This document shows, piece after piece, positions 30,101 to 37,048 of a stretch of DNA of 58,463 nucleotides. The notes beneath the pieces are model-generated. The model searched no databases. It was given only the letters and a program-made list of their open reading frames with translations, and had not been told where the DNA came from. Source of the DNA: a virus (taxonomy: Duplodnaviria > Caudoviricetes). Location of the stretch: IMG/VR virus record IMGVR_UViG_3300021197_001974, positions 1 to 58,463 of that record, one strand, 5' to 3'. Position 1 is the stretch's first letter. Every line of letters starts with the position of its first letter. The translations under genes and the position numbers were made by a program.

Positions 30101-31227
30101 TCAACTCTGGATGGAAGCTCATCTGCTGCGGGACACCCATATGGGGTCTGTATAGGAATATAATATTCGCATACTCTAGAATTCAGGAATGACGACATCG
30201 TAGCTGTCCATTCCGGTACCGATGTCGCTGAGTCGGGGCTGCATGTCTCTCTTCTATCGTACCTATCGGATGGATCATCCTCCGGACAAGGGGGAGCTAC
30301 ATTTGCCACAGCTGCTGGCAATGTTGAAGCCGGTGACGTACCAACATCTTCCGCCGCTGTGGTGTCGCTGCCGGCGGGCACTGAGCCCTCTGTTTCCCTA
30401 AATATAACCCTGCCGCTGGGATCTGCCTCTGATTCCGCGCTACGTGATGCTAAGAGACACCAACCACTCGGTATCATGGAGCCAGGTAAAATCTCACAAG
30501 CGCTCTCAATTGTATTAGCCCTGGGACGACCGGGGTCGCCGTCTGGATATATTAGCGCATCCCTGACAGGATCATATTTAAAATATCTTGCCCACAATTT
30601 TGCGTCAGATATTGCAGCCTTCAGGGTATAGGTTTCTATTGTGGTGCCGCGCTTAACTCTACTTGAAAAATCGCGCCATTCGTCAGCCAAATATACAGTA
30701 CCGGCGCTGGTATCTGCATACCAAAGATCGCGAGAAATGTGCCCTCTGTCAATCTGACCAACCCAAAAATCAAGAACGTAGTTCATTCGCGTTGTTATTT
30801 GCGCTATAACTGTGCGGGCTGACTCTTTAGACATCCCTATAAATTCTTCTTGGGTTATGTAGCCGTCAAGAATACCCAAAGCCAGTGTTCCTTCGCCGGC
30901 ATCGGTTCCTTCGCCATAATATGTCGGGTCGCGGCTTAGAAAAGCGTCTAAATAGCTTGTCGAATATACCCCACCATCTGGGTCAATTGGCAATGCCGGA
31001 ATGATTAGACCGACATCGCCGGTGTTTGACCTCCACACCTCCGCATAATCATATCCAGATTCGGCTGTGGCGAGGAGAGCGGGAGGAAGCCCGATACCCG
31101 TAAAGTCCCTGTTACTAAAATAGATCATTGGGAAAACATATTGTTTCCACCACATGTAGCGAATGCTATCAACACTTGAATCTTCAAGAGCCGTATATCT
31201 ATCTGGACGCCCTATTGCGATTGCCAT
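24124..31227 (-). CDS. Giant acidic hypothetical protein (virion-associated by context)
   Basis: 2367 aa open frame between the spike and gp25 genes. Helical-looking core with scattered Cys and Pro-rich segments. No recognisable catalytic motif. Confidence 0.6.
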   Translation of the reverse strand: MAIAIGRPDRYTALEDSSVDSIRYMWWKQYVFPMIYFSNRDFTGIGLPPALLATAESGYDYAEVWRSNTGDVGLIIPALPIDPDGGVYSTSYLDAFLSRDPTYYGEGTDAGEGTLALGILDGYITQEEFIGMSKESARTVIAQITTRMNYVLDFWVGQIDRGHISRDLWYADTSAGTVYLADEWRDFSSRVKRGTTIETYTLKAAISDAKLWARYFKYDPVRDALIYPDGDPGRPRANTIESACEILPGSMIPSGWCLLASRSAESEADPSGRVIFRETEGSVPAGSDTTAAEDVGTSPASTLPAAVANVAPPCPEDDPSDRYDRRETCSPDSATSVPEWTATMSSFLNSRVCEYYIPIQTPYGCPAADELPSRVEEFVNGAVTSLLDFLNKEATEEQFNILRNFIINGSYYDFDKAPNVDLKLLYKFPFGLVRSLNLQDRTPASSSQSQIIGNSVTLSASSLLSNLDTLQLILKILGPQQSRMWASDKTKITVSGTTREVSLLQESQYVLSLKSSIVDFLKSNRYSLPIGGKADPSGSEFEVQGEEVTVDSLQLFYDDSYKLISLFAGQAGEELTELNSNLLAQDAPLNDPTMIFYLVNLEQIILNYEHSQELSVIDWAQSYHYPVVHIAYRSSLPEATLLPANCSGGLLSDIENSIMDALVDAGDELASRFSSNLCLSNEQLLKTERELDASVAEIGNMLSAEGLKTTVLQDPVIRDIDKIIKNIDEGEDTISAAWEGLFNKMTACGLFGLVSKTIEFVAKNDVCGISPETMLTVAIKASLKKIDTRVLKNIYDAMPSDAQASFRESYNQRIREYARETGYTGPVGFPWDMQEQNTQAENARRSGRVLYDGQQFTPPSEEQTRTKHVNSYTAGYEAALEAMQLNTNFVPPSGFDEGSFWAGFTQAYKDMEADTAPTLESVRDEGLDNIPPRDQISTELERLENNSPGVNSSAFGRLVGGLAADMLAFAINEFVEGISEALDFDQLLELTGDIPVIGTLLKSLPNVLACSIRLEAKSGDQTVNLSTIQQNIQNGLKGDICDIIGGLQRLTLPDIELMLNSSLNTQTLKAAFVDALIKTLKSLLIKILVKTLLQIISKATQILKGAVCDAARSNISAAIEGSIAGNAAMQVYTPPANLNDLFSDAFCGDSDTGANLPDEIASLFSSLTGASREQAQDFVASGTSCSIIDALSNRLRMDQLIDLLEGTPGDNVIEAVLSVVRNECQEFSSILYDRDSILSFFQNLGTAFPSEFLTEARDGLEIFGADRDLITTTCDIQPDLAGLENALREECGEGISEEQIQSQVESFQKRIKDIVSDLASTMSSGLDGSLTETIQQAMSNVVPKDDPTNLVLIEQIVDGMFDPFYESYAHGLLSPVGLNRNAGLLNMLLSNKKSVSLTGQHFAFGNAVVAASGPLLLLLPFGGPFAVDQMIRDLRQAFFGDSETDIPVEVGEDAEPRSVTTEKPSTVAKELQDLFESGEYLSFSEYVPGEAFQNKVTLTYYAPDIPTQKIFKIVYDFESGQARLTNYVGNLGAGDSRTSINMTAYDKDVVYSQIEEYLNTTVGGSSPSVYFSAGYRLGNNTMGVGLSTILHNLTLSGLSPLSPGIYGSNFGAVTTNLVQLHSVVKQTVLRSLSSSIVSNRNAFSYGRYNLESVRDSDIVPAVSTELIEAGYEVIYLNDGNYFIIPPRKGGWLELKDILLPKRGDRSYCCPEKKDLLDIPSIKERTLEAYGLSNEDERLNKNPRTVREAPYSHIYGRGTGACIEGNVLTTIRIYVIETMIKGYASFGKFKTNSPSVYSDIYADYIAQNMKVGLRDQPPNRGAPAPLGSFPPPIPLPFPIPVPDELKTYGYWHEFLEQCVQLYLRRVDGGAANVTAEVDSALIDISLMSENYEYPQKRDLKAARQEFGGLLTLKRLRRVRNIEAIRDTEQQAMVVLKELVKDELNRISDVIEDIFPTPAGGWVDDINLDFIKNSYSIGERNIFDIPRFMQDVLGGARRHLIEEELDFSESDFFVLQSYLRPVLNPDGPEYATLETIFSPGAIYGLAEAGDKMVEAATAIPGFLVEGISTHFSSFKYGLRLVYVLGDQTITSLEETEGGLIPILSTSDIATRLYSHPLSTVDPSSETRDRISIPIVFSQNIESEFGGTLIEDFTATIDEISSQNISRSDEFEWPALAQLLINSPEFKSIFGYSIPLPVMQSLNSIFNVEAIPYSVGRDDGWTYEYPFPDVVPAAPIPIPPDSFYLWNKSTFPRMKRELKRLFNLLYRSNDFSYNPFEDAEDNTGRYAESTDADTWRDNLSPRMQSRLIFEDPLCLEREDSTEAEDSYEVITDTITAPENTEKDTGATKQTTNGKATGTAKDAIGGASYSK

Positions 31228-31236
31228 AATATTATC

Positions 31237-32163
31237 CTAATTTGTCTTGTTGAACTGGCTTCCAAACCATTTTTTACCAGTGGGGCTAAGACGTGTCATA
31301 ACAAAGTTATTACCTAGCTTGATTCCCTGCTTGTACAGCTTAGAATTGACCTGGTCCTGTTTTTTCATTTCCATCGCCGGCGCGAGACCGGTCAGCTGTG
31401 GCGACACGGTTCCTATCTGAGGGTGGACATGGTTAGCTAAGGCTAAGTTAACTTGAGTCTGGATTGACGAAAGTTGGTCAACAATCCCTCTAAGCGCCAT
31501 GATCTCATCCACCATGACTTGTAGAGTTTGCGCCAGGGCATATGCCTTAACCATAGGCTCCAGAGGATTTTTACCGACATCGTTGCCTCCGATTAGCTCT
31601 ATACCAGTAATGGTATCAATTGGCTGCCCCTTTGAGTTGATCTCAGCACCTTCGGCGTTGTTTTTTGCTTTTCCAGAAACTATTTTAACTCCTTGGCGAC
31701 CTATAATCCTAATACCGTCAGCCTTTATACCAATTCCAGAGGTACCCTCCAATTGAGTGTCTCCAACAAGACCAAAGTTTGAATCAATATCTGTTCTCTG
31801 ACTTATGTAAACGCGCGCAGCGTCAGTGTTAAAACTAGGATGAACATTGGTGTCGCTTTTTGGTCCAGCCTTGGTGTTTCCCATCCTACCAACGACTATA
31901 TCAATCATACCAGCTTGAGTATTGCCCTTACCGCCGTAACCAGAGCTTAGTGAGTTTGGTCGGTCGCGACCTAAGATGATATAATTGTTATTATCTCCTT
32001 GGATAATCTTTTCGCACGCAGCGGGAATAAATTTGGGTATAGGCTCTTTTATTGTATTACAGTTAACACCCTGAGTCAAAGGACTGTCTTCTATCGAGAT
32101 TCTTTTTTGATTGTCTTTTTCAGATTTGGAAAATCCTGAAAAGTCTCTTGCACCTCTACTCAT
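31237..32163 (-). CDS. Putative baseplate central spike (gp5-C/gpV-like beta-helix) with HxH motif
   Basis: 308 aa. Short beta repeats (GDNNNYIILGRD, SGIGIKADGIRIIGRQGVKIVSG), then a coiled coil ending in NHVHP (31423-31431). GAGGAG SD. Confidence 0.55.
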   Translation of the reverse strand: MSRGARDFSGFSKSEKDNQKRISIEDSPLTQGVNCNTIKEPIPKFIPAACEKIIQGDNNNYIILGRDRPNSLSSGYGGKGNTQAGMIDIVVGRMGNTKAGPKSDTNVHPSFNTDAARVYISQRTDIDSNFGLVGDTQLEGTSGIGIKADGIRIIGRQGVKIVSGKAKNNAEGAEINSKGQPIDTITGIELIGGNDVGKNPLEPMVKAYALAQTLQVMVDEIMALRGIVDQLSSIQTQVNLALANHVHPQIGTVSPQLTGLAPAMEMKKQDQVNSKLYKQGIKLGNNFVMTRLSPTGKKWFGSQFNKTN

Positions 32164-32186
32164 TGTAGTCTCCTCATGTATATCGC

Positions 32187-33383
32187 TTACCCAGTTGCAG
32201 CCTGACCTGCAACTGGAACAGAATTGGTGTCAGATGTCTCTGTAGAAATCTGCGGCTCCGAACCTTCGGCGAAAGATGATAATGGTAAAAACTCTCTTGG
32301 ATTGCGAGCACCACCATCTTGAATAACTTCAAAGTGCAGATGATATGGGTATTGCGCACCCTCTGCTGAACGTCCAGTGTTTCCGCTGGTGCCTATCCTT
32401 ACGTTCGGATCAACAATCGCATTGTTTAAGTTCATTAAAAGTTGGTTGTTGACATGTAGATAGCGAACTACTATTCCTGCGCTAACATATGGCTCCTCGG
32501 TCGCGACGAGCCTGAGAATCCACCCTCCAGCGCTAGTGCTGCCGCCTTCTATATAAAGCCTGCCTTTAAAGGGAGAATATAATGGTTCGTCTCTAACAGC
32601 AAAGTCAATTCCTTGGTGTAGCCTCTCCCCCGTGCCGTCATTTTTTGTCCTTATACCAAATTCGCTTGCAACAGGATAGGCGCCGCGAAGTGGAGAGTGT
32701 TGAAACTCATATCTTCCGGGTAGTACGTTTCTTCTACGTGCACGCTCGGCGGGCTGCATTCGCGGTCCAGGTAACGATGAGTCTCCAACAGTAGCTAGCT
32801 GAGAAACCTCAGAAGGAGATAAGTCTGTAAAAACTCTCTTAACTTGATCAGCGTCGTCGCCCTCCCCTACGGTCACTTGTGCAGTCTGGCTTTTTGAGAT
32901 TATCTTACCATCAACTTGCTTGCCGGCGTCGGGTCCTTGTAGAAAAGTAACCTCTACTATGTCCCCTGCATTCAGGCTATCCACCTCGGACTTACGTACT
33001 AGAAATAATGGGTGCTGCTTAATCTTTGCTGCCTCTTCCTCGCCTGTGGGAGCTGGAACGATCTTTGGTTTCGGTATGTGGCAGTGCACCTCTGGAATTC
33101 GTACTCTGGCTGCCAGGAAAGCACTCGGAGGCTCTCCAGAGCCATCCAAAAAGCTTCTTTGTCTTATTTCCGCTAGTGCCTCCCTTGAAGACTCCACTTT
33201 TAGAACAACACCTTTAAACACCTTTGTGCCTTTAAAAATGTTCTTTGTGTAGCTTTCTTCGGCACCTTCCTTTAGAGTCTTAAACGTCATCTCCTTGTCC
33301 GGAGATGTCGCACGGCGTGGCACATGAGTCTCAGACCCAACAGGGTTCATTGGAGAATCTAGAGATAAGAGTTTTTCACCCAT
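32187..33383 (-). CDS. gp5-like OB-fold baseplate hub protein fused to M23 peptidoglycan endopeptidase
   Basis: 398 aa. M23 motifs HQGIDF, YLH, GTSGNTGRS, PYHLHFEV. N-terminal GVVLKV...RVRIPEVH...GDIVEVTF resembles the gp5/VgrG OB fold. Confidence 0.8.
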   Translation of the reverse strand: MGEKLLSLDSPMNPVGSETHVPRRATSPDKEMTFKTLKEGAEESYTKNIFKGTKVFKGVVLKVESSREALAEIRQRSFLDGSGEPPSAFLAARVRIPEVHCHIPKPKIVPAPTGEEEAAKIKQHPLFLVRKSEVDSLNAGDIVEVTFLQGPDAGKQVDGKIISKSQTAQVTVGEGDDADQVKRVFTDLSPSEVSQLATVGDSSLPGPRMQPAERARRRNVLPGRYEFQHSPLRGAYPVASEFGIRTKNDGTGERLHQGIDFAVRDEPLYSPFKGRLYIEGGSTSAGGWILRLVATEEPYVSAGIVVRYLHVNNQLLMNLNNAIVDPNVRIGTSGNTGRSAEGAQYPYHLHFEVIQDGGARNPREFLPLSSFAEGSEPQISTETSDTNSVPVAGQAATG

Positions 33384-33676
33384 TACTCACCTTCTCCTTT
33401 AATCATATCAAACAGATCATCTTTGTCTTTATCTGTCAAGCCTAAATTACCAGCCGTGCTCTCTCTTTTATGAATAATCGCACTGACCTTCACGAGCTGC
33501 TCGTTGGACCTCTGCAAGGTTTCAACGTATTTTGCCGCAGTTTGTCCCACTTCTTTGTGACTGTGCTGGTCCTGAGACATATATTGCATAACATCAGATA
33601 GAAGTTCTTTTGTAACTTCACGGTCCTGCCTTATGTTCTCTATTACCTCGGTAAGATACGTATCTAAGTCTTTCAC
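33383..33676 (-). CDS. Small helical/coiled-coil hypothetical protein
   Basis: Probable GTG start at 33676, just after the sigma stop (97 aa: VKDLDTYLTEVIENIRQDRE...). The track start at 33730 overlaps the sigma gene. Confidence 0.65.
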   Translation of the reverse strand: MKDLDTYLTEVIENIRQDREVTKELLSDVMQYMSQDQHSHKEVGQTAAKYVETLQRSNEQLVKVSAIIHKRESTAGNLGLTDKDKDDLFDMIKGEGE

Positions 33677-33677
33677 T

Positions 33678-34370
33678 TCACCCAATGTCCCCGCGATTCC
33701 ACTTACCCTTGAAAACACGATACCTAACACGCATCTTATTTAAGTTGTTAACAACCTGTTTAGTGTTAAGTCCTGTGATTTCGCGAATATATAGATAAAT
33801 AGCTTTTTTGTTAAAAATTTCAATATCTTCGGGACTCGATAGAAGTATCTTTACTGCTTCTAGCACCTTTTTTTCGTTTTCTTTTAAATTACCCGTATCC
33901 CAAGTCTCAATCTCAGTCCACAAGAAATTCCAAAATTCTACCTCTTCGCGCTTGTGGTGGTAAGGGTTGTAAGACGCAAGATACTTTTGTTCAACTTCCC
34001 CCGTTATATTCTCAAAGTCAGCCTCTCTCTTAGACCTTATCTTTGTCTTCTTAACCTTATGAATAAACCAGTTTTTGGTTATTACTGAGAAGTAAGAGAA
34101 GGCTTTAGAGCCCTTATTCGGGTCATATTTGTCAAGGATTGTAGTTAGCCAAACTTTACATTCTTCACGCAAAGAATCAATATTTGGGAGAGAAGTAAAT
34201 TTGTAAGTGAAGACAACCTTATCTACCATCTCGCTAAATGCTGGCTCAATGTATTGAATATAAAGTTCTGTTCGCACCCTTACATCGCGTGTATTTGCAT
34301 ATTCAACAATCGCTCGTTCGTGCACTTTAGTGAAATAATAATTTTTACTTTTTGTTTTCCTACGAGCCAT
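33678..34370 (-). CDS. Phage RNA polymerase sigma factor (late, T4 gp55-like)
   Basis: 230 aa. Sigma region-2 motif LDKYDPNKGSKAFSYFSVITKNWFI. C-terminal HTH-like LYIREITGLNTKQVVNNLNKM. Confidence 0.8.
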   Translation of the reverse strand: MARRKTKSKNYYFTKVHERAIVEYANTRDVRVRTELYIQYIEPAFSEMVDKVVFTYKFTSLPNIDSLREECKVWLTTILDKYDPNKGSKAFSYFSVITKNWFIHKVKKTKIRSKREADFENITGEVEQKYLASYNPYHHKREEVEFWNFLWTEIETWDTGNLKENEKKVLEAVKILLSSPEDIEIFNKKAIYLYIREITGLNTKQVVNNLNKMRVRYRVFKGKWNRGDIG

Positions 34371-34656
34371 CGTCCTCTTCCTCCTCCTGATCTAGTGAAA
34401 AATTGTCATAAAACTCTTGTACATCAAGTAAAAGTTGTTTTGAGTGCTTAATGAGGCTCTCTAGGGTGTCATCTCCATAAAACATTTCAAGCTCATAAAC
34501 AGAGTTTAAGTGTTGGTCAAAGGTTGTTAGCTTTTCCTCCAAGACAATTACATTTTCATTAAAAAAAGTAAATTGTGAGGCTAGCCGTCGCAAATACCAA
34601 ATAAGCAAAATGTTTAATAAAAACGAGATTGCTAAAAATATTGATAACGTTATCAT
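34360..34656 (-). CDS. Small membrane-anchored coiled-coil protein
   Basis: 98 aa. N-terminal TM helix ITLSIFLAISFLLNILLIWYL followed by RR, a heptad region and an acidic tail. Confidence 0.65.
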   Translation of the reverse strand: MITLSIFLAISFLLNILLIWYLRRLASQFTFFNENVIVLEEKLTTFDQHLNSVYELEMFYGDDTLESLIKHSKQLLLDVQEFYDNFSLDQEEEEDDGS

Positions 34657-34913
34657 TTAACTTTATACTCTTGATCCTTCATTTTTTTCTTTTCATGCCT
34701 AATCTCTTCCCTCACGTCTTTTATATATTGTTTAACAATTTTTCCTGGCTTATCTTTGCCAAAATTATTGTTTCTTTTTATGTTTAAAGCGTTTGAGATT
34801 ACCTTAGTGACGGGGGAGCTGCATTTCTCGCAACTATCAACCGTTTCTGACATAGAGTGAAATATTTCAAATGTTATTTCACATTTGTCACAACGATAGG
34901 TATAGGTCGGCAT
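34653..34913 (-). CDS. FmdB-family zinc-ribbon protein
   Basis: MPTYTYRCDKC...FE...CEKCSS...KVIS signature. Confidence 0.85.
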   Translation of the reverse strand: MPTYTYRCDKCEITFEIFHSMSETVDSCEKCSSPVTKVISNALNIKRNNNFGKDKPGKIVKQYIKDVREEIRHEKKKMKDQEYKVK

Positions 34914-34915
34914 TA

Positions 34916-35152
34916 CTAGCTAGTTGGCTTAGCAACTAGGCTTTCGTCTTCCTCATCAAGGAGTACCATACCGCTTGCGCCTAGCTTGACAATTGGAGGG
35001 TTCTTCACCACAAGACCTTCGGCGGTTGGAACAAAGTCCAGCCCCTTTAGGACTGGAACAATATCTGACTGATCCATCAAGGAACGTTGAAGTGCCATCA
35101 TAACAGCACCAAGAGCTTGATCTGATAGATTAAAACTTGTTAGCTCTGTCAT
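34916..35152 (-). CDS. Hypothetical protein
   Basis: 78 aa. GGAGGA SD. ATGA-coupled to the upstream small gene. Confidence 0.7.
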   Translation of the reverse strand: MTELTSFNLSDQALGAVMMALQRSLMDQSDIVPVLKGLDFVPTAEGLVVKNPPIVKLGASGMVLLDEEDESLVAKPTS

Positions 35153-35316
35153 CCGTTCTTTCCTCCCGTAATTAGGTTGATAACCTTTTTCATATCAGAC
35201 TCCATTATTTGTTGTGTCCTCTTAAGATTGTCTTCTAGGGATACAATCTTGTCGTTTAGGGCGCTTAGACGACTACGGAGTCGCGCGACCTCATTTGTTA
35301 CTTTAGTGTCACTCAT
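35149..35316 (-). CDS. Small coiled-coil hypothetical protein (missing from ORF track)
   Basis: Manual translation MSDTKVTNEVARLRSRLSALNDKIVSLEDNLKRTQQIMESDMKKVINLITGGKNG (55 aa). GAGGA SD, fills the gap exactly, ATGA overlap downstream. Confidence 0.75.
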   Translation of the reverse strand: MSDTKVTNEVARLRSRLSALNDKIVSLEDNLKRTQQIMESDMKKVINLITGGKNG

Positions 35317-35318
35317 AT

Positions 35319-36164
35319 CTAATTTTCCTCTCTTTTTTTAGAAACTGCTCGTCCTGCCATAAATTCCCAATCCCTATTTAGGCGAACTTCTAGGTTTTTC
35401 TCCCAGGACGCCTTTAGGACAGTCGGGTTTACAGAGTTTGACTTTGCAAAGTTTATTAAAGCATTAATATCTTTTGGAAAACAAGTTCCACCGAAGCCTG
35501 GATTATTATCCGGTCCCGGAACTCGCAAATGAGATTGACCCAAGCGATCATCTAATAGAGCCAATTGCATAACCCTATAATAATTGATGTTGGCAGAATC
35601 GCAAATTTGTTTGATCTCGTTTGCAAATGAAACTTTAGTAGCCAAAAAGGTATTGATAAAGTATTTTACCATTTCAGCAGTCTTTAGTTCAGTCTGAACA
35701 TAGATTTTGTTTGGAAAAACTTCCTTGACTGCTTCAACACAAGCCTCAGTGTCATTTGAATTTCCCCCAAATATCATGCGATTTGAGTTTTTAAAATCTT
35801 GGATAAAATTTCTCTCAGTTAAAAACTCGGGACTAAATACAATTCTCATTTGCGGGTACTGTGTTCTTATTGTATCGCAGGTTCCAGGGACAACGGTTGA
35901 CTTGAGAACAACCACATTGTTGCGATAATTTAAATTTATCTCTTTCATAACAGAAAAAATAATTGATAAATCACAAGATCCGTCTGGTTGCATGGGGGTT
36001 GGTAAAGCCACGAATATTATATCAGCGTTTTCGCACACCTCTCTAACGCTGTCACAAGTCTTTCTTTCTGGGTTTAAGTCAAAAACAAAAAATTCATAAC
36101 GTTGTTTTAGATTTTCATATATAGCATTACCAACAAAACCATTTCCTATAAGACCCATTTTCAT
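35319..36164 (-). CDS. UDP-glucose/GDP-mannose 6-dehydrogenase family protein (short form lacking the C-terminal domain)
   Basis: GNGFVG, ALPTP, KSTVVPG, FSPEFL, AEMVKY..N.FLATKVSFANEI, GFGGTCFPKD (catalytic Cys). 281 aa. Confidence 0.88.
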   Translation of the reverse strand: MKMGLIGNGFVGNAIYENLKQRYEFFVFDLNPERKTCDSVREVCENADIIFVALPTPMQPDGSCDLSIIFSVMKEINLNYRNNVVVLKSTVVPGTCDTIRTQYPQMRIVFSPEFLTERNFIQDFKNSNRMIFGGNSNDTEACVEAVKEVFPNKIYVQTELKTAEMVKYFINTFLATKVSFANEIKQICDSANINYYRVMQLALLDDRLGQSHLRVPGPDNNPGFGGTCFPKDINALINFAKSNSVNPTVLKASWEKNLEVRLNRDWEFMAGRAVSKKREEN

Positions 36165-37048
36165 AAGCTCAGCTCCTCCTTTAGAAGTTCAAAACACTGC
36201 GAGATCCCGCTTTTAATATCCCAGGATGCCTCCCAACCTATATTGCTTAGGTCGCTTGTTTCTGCCTTGGTGTATAAGACGTCTCCCTCCCTAGGGAGTG
36301 CGTATTCAAACTTAATATTTGGAAAACTGTTAAGTATGATGTCCTTGATTTCATTTAGAGAAATATTTTGACCAGTTCCGACATCATAATGCCTCCCGTT
36401 AAAATTTTCTTCATAATTCATCGCAAAGAGGTTTGCGGATACCACATCTTGTACGTGAACCATGTCACGACGCTGTTCTCCATCTCCAGTAATATAAGGG
36501 TCCTTGACGTCCCTAATATATTGCATCCAATTGGCAATAGCTGTGCCGTATGCACCACCTGTTTTTTGACACGGAGAATACACATTAAAATATCTTAATG
36601 ATACCGTGTCCAGTCCATATAACTCAGAATATAACTTACACTCCCACTCGGAGACCAGCTTTTGCAGACCGTAAGGGCTATTTGGACCATCCCCGTTTCC
36701 CACAACTGATGATGAATCGGAGTAAATTACTCTTTTTGTTCCCATGTGCCTTGCGAAGTTCAAGACGTATGTGGTAGCCAAGACGTTATTTATCATAGTC
36801 TCAACAGGTTTTTCTACGCTATACACGACTCGTGGTATGCAGGCTAAATGAAATATATATTCTGGCTTAAAATTAGAATAATACGGATGAAAGCCCCCAT
36901 CAGCATCCTGCCTTAAACAGACTAAGATATCCTTTGGTACATCTTGTTGCAAATCAATTCCAATAACTTCATGCCCCTGCTCTTGCAGGCTTGCGTATAC
37001 TTTGGATCCAATGTATCCCTTGTGTCCCGTAACTAAACATCTAGACAT
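36161..37048 (-). CDS. NAD-dependent nucleotide-sugar epimerase/dehydratase (extended SDR)
   Basis: TGHKGYIG, YGLQK, LRYFNVY, GDGEQRRDMVHV. Confidence 0.88.
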   Translation of the reverse strand: MSRCLVTGHKGYIGSKVYASLQEQGHEVIGIDLQQDVPKDILVCLRQDADGGFHPYYSNFKPEYIFHLACIPRVVYSVEKPVETMINNVLATTYVLNFARHMGTKRVIYSDSSSVVGNGDGPNSPYGLQKLVSEWECKLYSELYGLDTVSLRYFNVYSPCQKTGGAYGTAIANWMQYIRDVKDPYITGDGEQRRDMVHVQDVVSANLFAMNYEENFNGRHYDVGTGQNISLNEIKDIILNSFPNIKFEYALPREGDVLYTKAETSDLSNIGWEASWDIKSGISQCFELLKEELSL

